Shown piece by piece: positions 21,301 through 29,816 of a stretch of 57,539 nt of DNA. The notes beneath the pieces were generated by a model. It searched no databases, was not told where the DNA came from, and worked only from the letters and a program-made list of their open reading frames with translations. Numbering within the stretch: position 1 is the first letter of the stretch; each line of letters opens with the position of its first letter. The position numbers and the translations under genes are program-made. Source of the DNA: Candidatus Scalinduaceae bacterium (lineage in GTDB: Bacteria > Planctomycetota > Brocadiia > Brocadiales > Scalinduaceae); the NCBI GenBank assembly GCA_046759445.1, contig JBHICG010000015.1, positions 1-57,539 on the forward strand, written 5' to 3'.

Positions 21301-23871
21301 ACGGACGACCTTCCCGTCTGCAAGCCGTTTCTGGACTAAACGGCCAGCGTGGTCATAGCTGAAGGTGGTGGTTTGCCCCTTTGCGTCGGTCGTGTTGACA
21401 AGTCTACCTGCCTTGTTGTAGTAATGACTTACGTGATGATCGAGCGGGTTCTTGACATTGACGAGATTTCCCATGGCATCGTAGGTAAACCGGCTTACAC
21501 CTTTACCGGGGTGATGGATTACCTTCAAACGACCTGCAGCATCGTATTCATACTTCGCCGTATCGCCAGAAGGCTCAACCACTCTAGCAAGTTCACCAGT
21601 AATAGTGTATTTCCTTCGCTGCACCTGTCCCAATGGGTTGTTGACAGATATGAGGTTGCCAGCAAGGTCGTAGTTGTACTTGGTGGTAGACCCTAAGGAA
21701 TTGGTAATCGCAACGAGGCGGCCCAACTTGTCGTAATTGGCCTTGCTTCCGCCTCCAACATTGTCTTCCCAACTATACAGATTTCCTGTGGCGTCATAGT
21801 GGTAAGAAATTACCAATCCGCTGGCATGAGTCTCTTTAATACGCTGACCCAGACTATCGTATTCATATCGAACAACCATTCCACTGTCGTTGGTCTTACT
21901 GATGAGGTTACCGGCTTTGTCGTAATGATATAATCTTGCACTTGCAACAGGGGGAGTAAGCTTTGCTAACCGGCCATTTGAATCGTACTCGTAATGGGTG
22001 ATTCGGCCAGAAGGATCAATCTCTTTAATAAACTGGTTTTGTGCATCATAGATATATTGCGTGACGCCCCCCAGGGGATCAATCAGCTTGGTGAGAAGCC
22101 CGGATGGCGAGTACTCATAGCGTGTGGTTCCCCCACCTGGATCGGAAAGGCTCGTAATGCGCCCTAATGCGTCATACTTACGCTTGGTAACACCGCCCAA
22201 TGGATTAATTTCCCGAACCAAATTACCGGATGGATCATACTCGAAGCGAGCTGTAGCGCCGGTTACATCTGTAACACTTTTGACACGACCGTTTGGATCG
22301 TATTCATAGCGGGTGGTCCGGCTTGTTGAATCTGTTACTGTAACGAGTCGCCCCCGTGTGTCATAGCTATATTGAATGGTGCCTCCAGCTGGGTCAATCA
22401 GGCGGGCAATGAGCCCAGTCTTGGAGTACTTATAGCGCGTGGTTCTTCCTTCTTGGTCAGTCATACTTGCCACCCGGCCTTGAGCGTCATAGCTCCAGAG
22501 AGTATCATTTCCCAGTGGGTCAATCCGCCGGGTCAATCTCCCGTGGGGGCCGTACTCAAATCTTGTTATCTTCCCAAGGGCATTGGTTATCGACTTGAGT
22601 AGTCCGTTCGGGTGGTATGTAAACGTTTGTTTTGGCTGTCCTAACCCGTTTATGGTCGCAACGCTACCATCTTTATGATAGGTGAAGGCTGATAAAGTCT
22701 CGCCTCCTCTCTTGATTGCGGTAAGGTTTAAATGATTGTCGTACTCAAAGATATGTCTGGTGCCATCGGGGTGGGTAATAGCCTTCACCAGTGAGGTATC
22801 GCCGAGATACTCCGTACGGGTTTTACGCTTTATCGAATCCTCGACCTCTACGGTGCGGTCTTGTGAATCATAGGCAATGCGTGTTGCCAGGCCGGTTGGC
22901 CCGGTGATTTGGACGGGACGACCTTCAACGTCATATTTGATTGAAGTTTTGTGCCCAAGCGGATCGATTACTTTCTGAAGGCGTTTGTCCTTGCTCCACT
23001 GAGTGGTTGTTACTGCTCCGGTTGGATCGATGTGGCGTACCAAGTTTGCTTCATCATCGTACTCGTATAGCTCCTGACTTCCGCCTGTAAAGCTGCGGCT
23101 CAAGACCCGTCCTTTTGAGTCGTACGAAAACACAGTGCCCCCTGCTCTCGGATTATAAATGCGAATCAGCGCTCCGGCACTATTGTAAGTATATTGAAAA
23201 ATGAGTTCCCCGTTAACCCGGACTTCGGTCAGATTATCTTTGACATAGGTGTACTTGACATTGGTGCCTGTCGAGGTCTCTATCTGAAGTATCCGTCCCT
23301 TTTTATCGGTTATGAATTGGAAGAAACTCCCTTTCAGTCCCTCAATCAGTGAGAGTCGACTGTCAGCAACGTAGTTTAGGACAATCTTGTTGCCATTCTG
23401 CAAGTCGCGTTCGACCAACCGTCCCTGCTCGTCGAATGTCTCCCTGGTGCTATCTGGCTTACTGCGAGTCGCTCGTCCATTCTTGTCGAAGACAACCCGC
23501 TCTCCCAAGATAGTCTTGTACACTTGCGTGTCGTCGACCTGCTCAAAAGAGACAGTCCCAAGTTCCTCCTCGATCAGGACGCGGGGGCCTGCATGAATCA
23601 AACGACTCTCCCAGTTCAACCGCCACCTGGTTCCTAGAAGTCCTCCATTGTTTTGTTGATTCTGTAACGATCGTCGAATCTCAAGATTGATCGGACCTGA
23701 TGGTAAGATCAGGTCTGTGGAGGAAACAAACAACTGGCCTGAGCGGGGATCGATAAATTCTTTGGCGTGAATTGGAAAGAACGATAGTAGTGTTATTAGC
23801 GTGAGCGTTAAGCAAATCGTGAGCTGCGTAACAAATAATCGCTTATAGTCAAACTTCAACGCAAAAAACAT
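18346..23871 (-). CDS. rhs: Rhs/YD-repeat polymorphic toxin with Sec signal peptide, DUF6531 and a ~567-aa C-terminal payload starting with an ADP-ribosyltransferase-like domain
   Basis: Many YD repeats; core end YYRARYYEPDLGRF...NPVNLTDPMGL; payload FYRG...SLTT...EAEW. Confidence 0.92.
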   Translation of the reverse strand: MFFALKFDYKRLFVTQLTICLTLTLITLLSFFPIHAKEFIDPRSGQLFVSSTDLILPSGPINLEIRRSLQNQQNNGGLLGTRWRLNWESRLIHAGPRVLIEEELGTVSFEQVDDTQVYKTILGERVVFDKNGRATRSKPDSTRETFDEQGRLVERDLQNGNKIVLNYVADSRLSLIEGLKGSFFQFITDKKGRILQIETSTGTNVKYTYVKDNLTEVRVNGELIFQYTYNSAGALIRIYNPRAGGTVFSYDSKGRVLSRSFTGGSQELYEYDDEANLVRHIDPTGAVTTTQWSKDKRLQKVIDPLGHKTSIKYDVEGRPVQITGPTGLATRIAYDSQDRTVEVEDSIKRKTRTEYLGDTSLVKAITHPDGTRHIFEYDNHLNLTAIKRGGETLSAFTYHKDGSVATINGLGQPKQTFTYHPNGLLKSITNALGKITRFEYGPHGRLTRRIDPLGNDTLWSYDAQGRVASMTDQEGRTTRYKYSKTGLIARLIDPAGGTIQYSYDTRGRLVTVTDSTSRTTRYEYDPNGRVKSVTDVTGATARFEYDPSGNLVREINPLGGVTKRKYDALGRITSLSDPGGGTTRYEYSPSGLLTKLIDPLGGVTQYIYDAQNQFIKEIDPSGRITHYEYDSNGRLAKLTPPVASARLYHYDKAGNLISKTNDSGMVVRYEYDSLGQRIKETHASGLVISYHYDATGNLYSWEDNVGGGSKANYDKLGRLVAITNSLGSTTKYNYDLAGNLISVNNPLGQVQRRKYTITGELARVVEPSGDTAKYEYDAAGRLKVIHHPGKGVSRFTYDAMGNLVNVKNPLDHHVSHYYNKAGRLVNTTDAKGQTTTFSYDHAGRLVQKRLADGKVVRYRYDSIGNLIEANDGTFPVRYTYNDRGRLNQIKYPSIKRVLKYEYDKAGLLSKFIDSEGQVIRYGYDSSNRLSTIKLPGGKEIAFAYNARGNLVSTTYPNGTKGKWEHDVTGRPIGITYTDTNRKTIAGWQYKYNAAGNLIETIKADGRISRYRYDPDNKIIEESSGTGDLVQYSYLPGGNREKLKREGKSIQFRYNQADQLLETDDETFKYDANGNLVERKGPKGVTRYSYDSEDQLVKVLLPDGEEVSFGYAPTGERVWRRDSNGLTHFVTDGVNLLAELDENLKPKATYLHGQGIDNPLMMTRDERSYFYHTDDLGSVARLTDQEGVTAATYDYDAFGILKSQSFVLENPFTYTGRELDTSTALYYYRARYYEPDLGRFYTPDLVPGKIHEPQSLNPYTYVLNNPVNLTDPMGLQPQIITQNGNQYAVFYRGHNMRGIQSIESDLMRTSGRVASYERLIQIVNEINPQTGRPSGLQRAITLHQGTSQGSPLLSLTTDRSIARYWSGGHGEIIELRVPNSELNSRVFSGGPGVEAEWFVEGEVPEHWIVERHPGGATSHTPSRSGGGASQGSASGGSGSSSMSTSSSSGVSASNVAGGVAVLGGTIVTGVNYQACIDEGKTHTECVKEVVVGTVEGTIASGVILAGATYVAGPAAVAAAAPAAPFVAAAAVVAGGYHAGDRWANAPMVKANERDRQQQQANLGKLDETLSRLEAKINTLSPKIDVVNEDIINEIIKQISTIRNNFPPEARPRFNALIRKIRQANTESRADKDEEPNIANAIEAMERVKRNKQEQDSTKPPYVRPNPSESTSESNILDEVSEYQRSRKPVTEKALKKIRAKAARKRTERDTTTVTSVQTGGSTAGTPVQTGGSTAGTGGSSKVYGVFVLTNVSPGGSLWVGEEGKLKNRAIGTFTGGGPCDDLARGCPQVKYQMKAGPFTSLSDAQKAYCRNLIRAWDPPLMTSRKAETSFGIYWIAKAPGCK

Positions 23872-24223
23872 GAGACAAAACCCCCTTTCCTTTCACTGAA
23901 TCAGGAAATTTGTACTAATCATAAACTGTACCAACCAGGGTTTTTTTAACTAACCTTGTTAGTTTCTATTCCTTTTACTTTATGCTTATATTTATACATA
24001 GAATGAGTGTATGTTGTCAAATAAAATATGTATGCATTTTCAGTAATAAAAAACTTTTTTGGAAGTTTTATAACTTGCTTATAAAATACAACTTAGAAAA
24101 CTAAGTAGAAAATAAAAGTTAATGTAATCATCTGCTCTTTTTCAGGATATTTCATGTTGACATAAGAGATCAAGTTATTAGTATTAAGTCGTCTATAATT
24201 GGCATTGGAGAAAGACCTGTCTC

Positions 24224-26002
24224 ATGAATTTTAAAAAGACGTATCTTCTTATTACAATAAGTTGCCTTTTTATGACAACTCTGGCCTTTGCCTCTAGAGG
24301 GTTAGAAGTTGTCTCTGTTAGAGATAGCGCAGGCAAACAAGTAGGTTTGTATAAAGAGAGCCACGCTCTCGTGATAGGAGCAGGTAATTATACAAGCGGC
24401 TGGCCTAAGCTGACAGGGATTAAGAAAGATGTCCGGTTGGTTCACAAGGTTTTGGAAGAACACGGGTTTAATGTGATAACGGTGAATGACCCTGAAAAAG
24501 AACAATTAAGAAATGCATTTGATGATTTTATCAACAAATATGGACAAAAGCTGGAAAACAGGCTTTTGTTCTATTTTGCTGGGCATGGTTATACGAAAAA
24601 AATGTCTTATGGAGAAGAGATGGGTTACATAGTTCCTGTCAATGCACCTAATCCCGAAAATGACCCCAATGGTTTTTTAGCTAAGGCGATGGATATGCAT
24701 ATGATTGAAGTATTTGCCAAACGTATCCAATCCAAACATGTTATATTCTTATTCGATAGTTGTTTTTCCGGTTCTTTATTTGCTCTTTCACGGGCGATTC
24801 CAGGAAACATTTCATATAATACATTAAAACCAATACGTCAGTTTATCACAGCGGGAAATGCAGATGAGGAGATGTCGTCTGATGAGAGTGTATTTACACA
24901 ACAGTTTATAGCTGCGTTAGAGGGAGAGGGGGATGTAAATGAAGATGGTTATGTGACAGGCACAGAGTTAGGTGAATTTCTTCAAGATAAAGCAATTAAT
25001 ACAAAGGGGGAGAAACACCCTCAATATGGCAAAATACGTAATCCTAATTTAGATAAAGGGGATTTTGTATTTGTGATAAGGGATCGCGTTGAGAAATCAC
25101 CTGAACAAGATATTCATCAAGCTCCGGACATAGTAGAGAATAATGATAATTTCGAGAAGATTACCAAGGAAGTGGAGGCCCCAAAGAGGAATTGGAATGA
25201 TTGGCAAGAAACTATGACATTTTGGTATTCCCAAAACAATGAATTGGATAAAGGCACTGCGCTTAAACCATCGGAGAAAGTACAAATGTGGAAAAATTAT
25301 TTGAGTAGATATTCTGCTGATAATCCACTTAGCACAGATGACCAGATGATGCGTAGATATGCAGTGGAGAGAATAGAATATTGGAAACACAATAAGAACC
25401 CCGCTCCTATAAAAAAACAATCTGTAATCATCCAGAATCAAGTAAGAAATGAACAAAAACACATAAAAAAACCTGGCTCAAAACTACGTTTATGGTACAA
25501 GCCTTTATCGGTAGATGAAGTACAGGCTATGCCAAATATTTCAATACGTAAAATGAAAAGATGGGGATTTTATGGCCATAGTACAATCAAACACAACTAT
25601 GAATTGGTAGAAGACGATGGTGACAAAGTAGTAATAGATCATGCTACAGGGCTGATGTGGCACCAATCTGGCTCAAAGGGACTTTTGGATTGGGATGAGG
25701 CAAATGAGTGGATAAAAAGATTAAATCTCAATAATTATGCGGGTTATAGTGACTGGCGACTTCCAACTTTGGAAGAGGCTGTGTCACTATTAGAATCTAG
25801 CAAGGAGAAAGGCAGATATATAGATCCAATTTTTCATGGTAGGCAAAAATATATATGGACAGGTGATGAAATAAATATTAATGCTGCAGCCGCATGGTAC
25901 GTTAACTATAGCAAAGGTCACGCTAACTGGGCACACATGGACGGTACTAACGGGTTCTTTTTTGCTCGCCCGGTCCGCTTATGGAATGATACGGCCCAGT
26001 GA
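24224..26002 (+). CDS. Secreted caspase-family (peptidase C14) protein with C-terminal DUF1566/Lcl domain
   Basis: FYFAGHG and FDSCFSG catalytic His/Cys; VIDHATGLMW...GYSDWRLPTLEE DUF1566 motif. Confidence 0.88.
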   Translation: MNFKKTYLLITISCLFMTTLAFASRGLEVVSVRDSAGKQVGLYKESHALVIGAGNYTSGWPKLTGIKKDVRLVHKVLEEHGFNVITVNDPEKEQLRNAFDDFINKYGQKLENRLLFYFAGHGYTKKMSYGEEMGYIVPVNAPNPENDPNGFLAKAMDMHMIEVFAKRIQSKHVIFLFDSCFSGSLFALSRAIPGNISYNTLKPIRQFITAGNADEEMSSDESVFTQQFIAALEGEGDVNEDGYVTGTELGEFLQDKAINTKGEKHPQYGKIRNPNLDKGDFVFVIRDRVEKSPEQDIHQAPDIVENNDNFEKITKEVEAPKRNWNDWQETMTFWYSQNNELDKGTALKPSEKVQMWKNYLSRYSADNPLSTDDQMMRRYAVERIEYWKHNKNPAPIKKQSVIIQNQVRNEQKHIKKPGSKLRLWYKPLSVDEVQAMPNISIRKMKRWGFYGHSTIKHNYELVEDDGDKVVIDHATGLMWHQSGSKGLLDWDEANEWIKRLNLNNYAGYSDWRLPTLEEAVSLLESSKEKGRYIDPIFHGRQKYIWTGDEININAAAAWYVNYSKGHANWAHMDGTNGFFFARPVRLWNDTAQ

Positions 26003-26249
26003 GTCCTGAATTACAGTTACGTATACATATTACTAATAAGGCACTCTACTTTACACCAAACCAAATCTCACCCGTTATATCTCTGTATCCTGATATTTAT
26101 TCTTCCATCCGCAATATACTAAAACAATTCGCTGTAATTCTCTATAGCAAAGGCAAGAAACTCTGGGCCTTGAATTTCATCGGTGAGTATCTGCTTTTCT
26201 ATCTTATAGGAGGTCTTAGCGGCTATTTCACCTTTATTAAATTTTTCTA

Positions 26250-26312
26250 GGTCAATAAAAGAAGTAAGATAAATAGAAAAATAAGACAACTATTGGATGA
26301 TGACACGATTGG
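26250..26312. repeat. 63-bp perfect direct repeat, right copy
   Basis: Identical to 15553-15615. Confidence 0.92.
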
Positions 26313-26387
26313 CAAGTATGGTGATAAGATATATGGTATAACCTGAATCTTGCACAAAAAGTAACAAATCACCTATTCCCCCTTTCC

Positions 26388-26585
26388 AGGCTGTGTCACA
26401 ATTGTGAAAACACGTAATACGTCGTTGCAATTCTGCAACAGCAGAATTGCTTAGGTGATTCTACTCGTCGAGTAGAATCACACCTGAACCAGATCCTGAA
26501 TTTAATTCAGAATCTAATGATTTCAATAACTTAAAAACCTATAAGATCCCGAAACAAGTTCGGGATGACAATTATGACACAGCCT
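26388..26585. mobile_element. MITE-like element (18-bp TIR) nested inside a TCCCCCTTT/AAAGGGGGA palindrome
   Basis: aggctgtgtcacaattgt ... acaattatgacacagcct (1 mismatch); internal hairpins such as atcccgaaacaagttcgggat. Confidence 0.65.
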
Positions 26586-26722
26586 CTAAAGGGGGATTTG
26601 ATTTTAAACATATTGTTTTTTTAAGCTTGATTTTGCACTTTTATAAATTTACTATTTGATGTGCAGGAAATCGCAAACCGTAACCATGTTCTTTTTTTAT
26701 AACATATTTTTAGGAGATTATT

Positions 26723-27058
26723 ATGAGAATTTCTGTTAAATCCTTTGTAATAGCAATAACTATTCTTTTTTTATTCATAGGATACCAATCACAGCAAAGA
26801 GTGGAAAGCCGTGAATCTCACCAACATGTTTGCGTTGCGTGTGAAAAGGGACAAGCTGGTGAGACGGTTTGGTGTGATAGTTGCAATGCCGGCTATATTG
26901 ATGGAAATATGATAAAATGTAAAAGCTGTTTTGATGGTAAGGCTGGAAAAGTAGTTTGGTGTGACTCTTGTAATGTTGGTTATACAAATAAATCGAAAAT
27001 TACTTGCAAAGATTGCTTTGACAAAGGGACGATTTGCGAAAAATGTCAAAAGAAATAA
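26723..27058 (+). CDS. Secreted small protein with six CxxC motifs (internal duplication)
   Basis: Signal peptide; CVAC, WCDSC x2, CKSC, CKDC, CEKC; AGGAG RBS. Confidence 0.75.
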   Translation: MRISVKSFVIAITILFLFIGYQSQQRVESRESHQHVCVACEKGQAGETVWCDSCNAGYIDGNMIKCKSCFDGKAGKVVWCDSCNVGYTNKSKITCKDCFDKGTICEKCQKK

Positions 27059-27259
27059 CCAGGCTGATATAGGAATCCTTATCGCTTAAAATCCTATTCC
27101 CCTTTTTTACTGTATAAAACCAAAAGGCATTGTTGTGTCAATTAGATGCAACAATGCCTTTTTTGTTGATTTTAGTTTCCAGCCTCACTAATATAAACAT
27201 CAGAATTTCAACAGTCTACGTGTCATACCTTACAGACATATACTCTGTCAAATGATGGA
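27033..27259. repeat. ~225-bp diverged direct repeat, copy 1 (3' end of Cys-rich gene + terminator + promoter)
   Basis: Aligns to 29332-29558 at an offset of about 2300. Confidence 0.88.
27122..27164 (+). terminator. Intrinsic terminator hairpin
   Basis: aaaaggcattgttg-13-caacaatgcctttttt. Confidence 0.75.
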
Positions 27260-27347
27260 AGGGTAAGATTTTTCACATAATTAATGATTTAGATGCGATC
27301 TTGTAAAGCTAAGTCAATTAAATAGATATGGTGCCCCGATTTTCTCG

Positions 27348-27476
27348 GGCGGCGTATTGGGAACTGCGAAATTTGAAGGCAACCTTGGACCATTTATGCA
27401 AATTCTCAAATTGGGTGAATATATCCATTTGGGTAAGGGAACGAGTTTTGGTTTGGGGAAATATGAGATTCTGTAA
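27348..27476 (+). pseudogene. cas6: cas6 3'-end remnant 1
   Basis: GGVLGTAKFEGNLGPFMQILKLGEYIHLGKGTSFGLGKYEIL*; 32/42 identical to the intact Cas6 C-terminus. Confidence 0.88.
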
Positions 27477-27559
27477 ATTGTGTAAAATCTAAGGAATGTA
27501 TTGTTGCCACGAACTAGACTATAAATCGAAACTGTGAAGAAACCTCTATCATACAACTT

Positions 27560-28096
27560 TTGATTTACAGGGATTATGTATGGGAGAAAACATTGCTTAA
27601 ATTTGAACAGTTATTTTCCGCATTAAATAAGAAGAAAGTTAGGTATTTAGTTGTTGGAGGGATTGCGGTAAATCTCTATGGTATAGAAAGGGCAACAGCC
27701 GATATTGACCTTGTGGTGGATTTGGAGGAAAGTAACCTTCAGAAATTTATCAAGGCTATAAAAGATCTCAATTTTAAGCCAAAGATTCCTGTAAGTCTCG
27801 ATGATTTTACTGAAAGAGAGAAGAGAGAAGAATGGATCAGAGAAAAGGGGATGATGGTTTTTAGTCTTTTTGATCCGCGAAATCCATACTTTCTTCTGGA
27901 TGTATTTGTAATAGAGCCATTTGATTTTAACAGGGTATATGAGGCAAAGAGAGAGATGAAGTCTGGAAAAGTAAAAATTCCAGTAATTTCTCTAGGGCAT
28001 CTTGTTGAAATGAAAGAAAAGACCGGCAGGCCACAGGATATCTCTGATGTGTTTTATTTGAAAAAAGTAATGGGGGAATGGCAAAATGAAAAGTGA
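27560..28096 (+). CDS. Nucleotidyltransferase-family protein (DUF6036/AbiEii-like), probable start ~27593
   Basis: YLVVGGIAVNLYGIERATADIDL; C-terminal LVEMKEKTGRPQDISDV. Confidence 0.8.
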   Translation: MIYRDYVWEKTLLKFEQLFSALNKKKVRYLVVGGIAVNLYGIERATADIDLVVDLEESNLQKFIKAIKDLNFKPKIPVSLDDFTEREKREEWIREKGMMVFSLFDPRNPYFLLDVFVIEPFDFNRVYEAKREMKSGKVKIPVISLGHLVEMKEKTGRPQDISDVFYLKKVMGEWQNEK

Positions 28097-28250
28097 TCCT
28101 TTATTGTATTACAAAACTAAAGCTGAAATAGATGCATACAGAAAAAAAACTGTAAGAGAAAAACTCACGTGGCTTGAGGCGCAGATGGAGTTCTTTTACA
28201 AAGCAATGTCAGAAAAGGCTAAGAGGATAAGGGAGAGGCTTTTGTCATGA
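28086..28250 (+). CDS. 54-aa helical partner of the nucleotidyltransferase (putative toxin-antitoxin partner)
   Basis: MKSDPLLYYKTKAEIDAYRKKTVREKLTWLEAQMEFFYKAMSEKAKRIRERLLS; overlaps the upstream gene, GGGGA RBS; below the ORF-track cutoff. Confidence 0.65.
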   Translation: MKSDPLLYYKTKAEIDAYRKKTVREKLTWLEAQMEFFYKAMSEKAKRIRERLLS

Positions 28251-28511
28251 GGCTTGTCCGCTGTTTATGACTGATTACCCTCTAACAAGAGGGGTTTTGG
28301 GATGTGAATTCTTCCTTCTAGAAAGAGGGGCTGTTCTAGGTGGAACAGCTAAGCAATTCAAAAATTGCCGGATTAAGGGGTGTGTGTTTACAGACATCAA
28401 CACCGTTCACTGACACAGACACTGTAAAAACGGAGTTTAAATATGGATGAGAAACAGAAAAAAGAATACCAGACTGTAATTTTAATGGTATTTTTGCATG
28501 ATATTAAAAAT

Positions 28512-28676
28512 TCTGCCAGTCAAAAGCAGAGGGTGACGATGGGAGGATTCATTGGCAAAGCCGTTTTTGAAGGAGATATTGAAGGGTTTATGACCCTGAT
28601 AGCTCTGGGCGAATATGTACATGTGGGTAAAGGAACATCATTTGGGCTTGGGAAATATGTGATTCGTGGTACGTAG
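28512..28676 (+). pseudogene. cas6: cas6 3'-end remnant 2 (C-terminal part of ORF 28443-28676)
   Basis: SASQKQRVTMGGFIG...LGEYVHVGKGTSFGLGKY matches the Cas6 G-rich loop; more diverged than remnant 1. Confidence 0.85.
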
Positions 28677-28727
28677 AGAATGATGAATTAACAAAGTAAG
28701 CATTTCTCACAAAGAAGGTTGAATACA

Positions 28728-29243
28728 ATGAGTAAATTTATTGCGGTAAAAGAGGAAAATATTGCCTTACATATTCACTTTATCAGAGGTGAAAGTGTGA
28801 TGCTTGATTATGATCTTGCAATGATATACGGTGTAGAGACCAGGGCATTGAAACAAGCCGTGAAAAGAAATATGAAAAGATTTCCTGATGATTTCATGTT
28901 TGTTTTAGCAAACGATGAGGTTAATGCGCTGGTGTCACAAAATGTGATACCATCCAAAAGCCATCTCGGCGGTGCATTGCCTATGGCTTTTACCGAACAG
29001 GGAGTTGCCATGCTTTCCGGCATATTGAATAGCGAGAGGGCTATTGAGGCAAATATCGTCATTATGCGAACCTTTGTTCAGATAAGAAGATTGATGAGCA
29101 CGCATAAGGCGCTGGCAAAAAAGATTGAGGCCCTGGAAAAGAAATATGACGAAAGATTTAAGATAGTTTTTGAGGCTATTAAACAACTCATAAAACAGGA
29201 AAAAGAAACGGGCAGTAAAATAGGATTTAAAACTGGAAAGTAG
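28728..29243 (+). CDS. ORF6N (KilA-N-like) DNA-binding domain protein
   Basis: IRGESVMLDYDLAMIYGVETRALKQAVKRNMKRFPDDFMF...AFTEQGVAMLS...KIGF. Confidence 0.88.
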   Translation: MSKFIAVKEENIALHIHFIRGESVMLDYDLAMIYGVETRALKQAVKRNMKRFPDDFMFVLANDEVNALVSQNVIPSKSHLGGALPMAFTEQGVAMLSGILNSERAIEANIVIMRTFVQIRRLMSTHKALAKKIEALEKKYDERFKIVFEAIKQLIKQEKETGSKIGFKTGK

Positions 29244-29265
29244 AGGGGCATAAACCGTCGTGATC

Positions 29266-29326
29266 GTTTAAACCCCTTGATGAATTAGGGACAGAAAAGA
29301 GAATGAGTAATTAACAATGATGAATG
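29266..29326 (+). repeat. Orphan degenerate CRISPR terminal repeat + trailer remnant
   Basis: ccttgatgaattagggacagaaaa...taattaacaatgatgaa resembles the array end cctgattgaaaagggacggaaaa-taattaacaatgatgaa (34763-34802). Confidence 0.55.
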
Positions 29327-29331
29327 AGGAT

Positions 29332-29558
29332 TTTGTGAAACATGTAAAAAGAAATAACCAGGCTGATATAGGAATCCTTATCGCTTAAAATCCTATTTCC
29401 TTTTTTTTACTGTATAAAACCAAAAGGCATTATTGCATCTGATTGACACAATAATGCCTTTTTTGTTGATTTTAGTTTCCAGCCTCACTAATATAAACAT
29501 CAGAAGTTCAACAATCTACGTGTCATGCCATACAAACACAACGCCATCAGATGATGGA
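29332..29558. repeat. ~225-bp diverged direct repeat, copy 2
   Basis: Includes FCETCKKK* remnant of the Cys-rich gene, terminator 29422-29464 and promoter 29466-29494. Confidence 0.88.
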
Positions 29559-29816
29559 TATGCTTTCATAAGATATAAAATTAATTCTACATTGTTATGT
29601 AGAAAATAAAACTATTACTCTCTCTTGTGCAGATCTTTCTGTCTGTCTCAAAGGATTTCTTTTTTTGGGATAGACAACCTAATTTATAAATTACGAATAA
29701 TATTCCTATAATATCTAAAAATTAATTTATGTTTATTTCATGATAACTAGTCGAATTTCAGATTTCATTTTAAGGAATTTACCCTTTACCATGAGAGTAT
29801 GATATAACACTCAACG

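Noticed and set aside
18499..23596. Numerous short ORFs overlapping rhs (and similar ones over glgP, czcA, TPR genes)
   Set aside because: Shadow ORFs antisense to or out of frame with well-supported long genes
25999..26250. 83-aa ORF after the caspase gene
   Set aside because: No motif support; the opposite strand has an interrupted frame; unassignable
26723..27058. Multiheme cytochrome c
   Set aside because: CxxC motifs lack the following His
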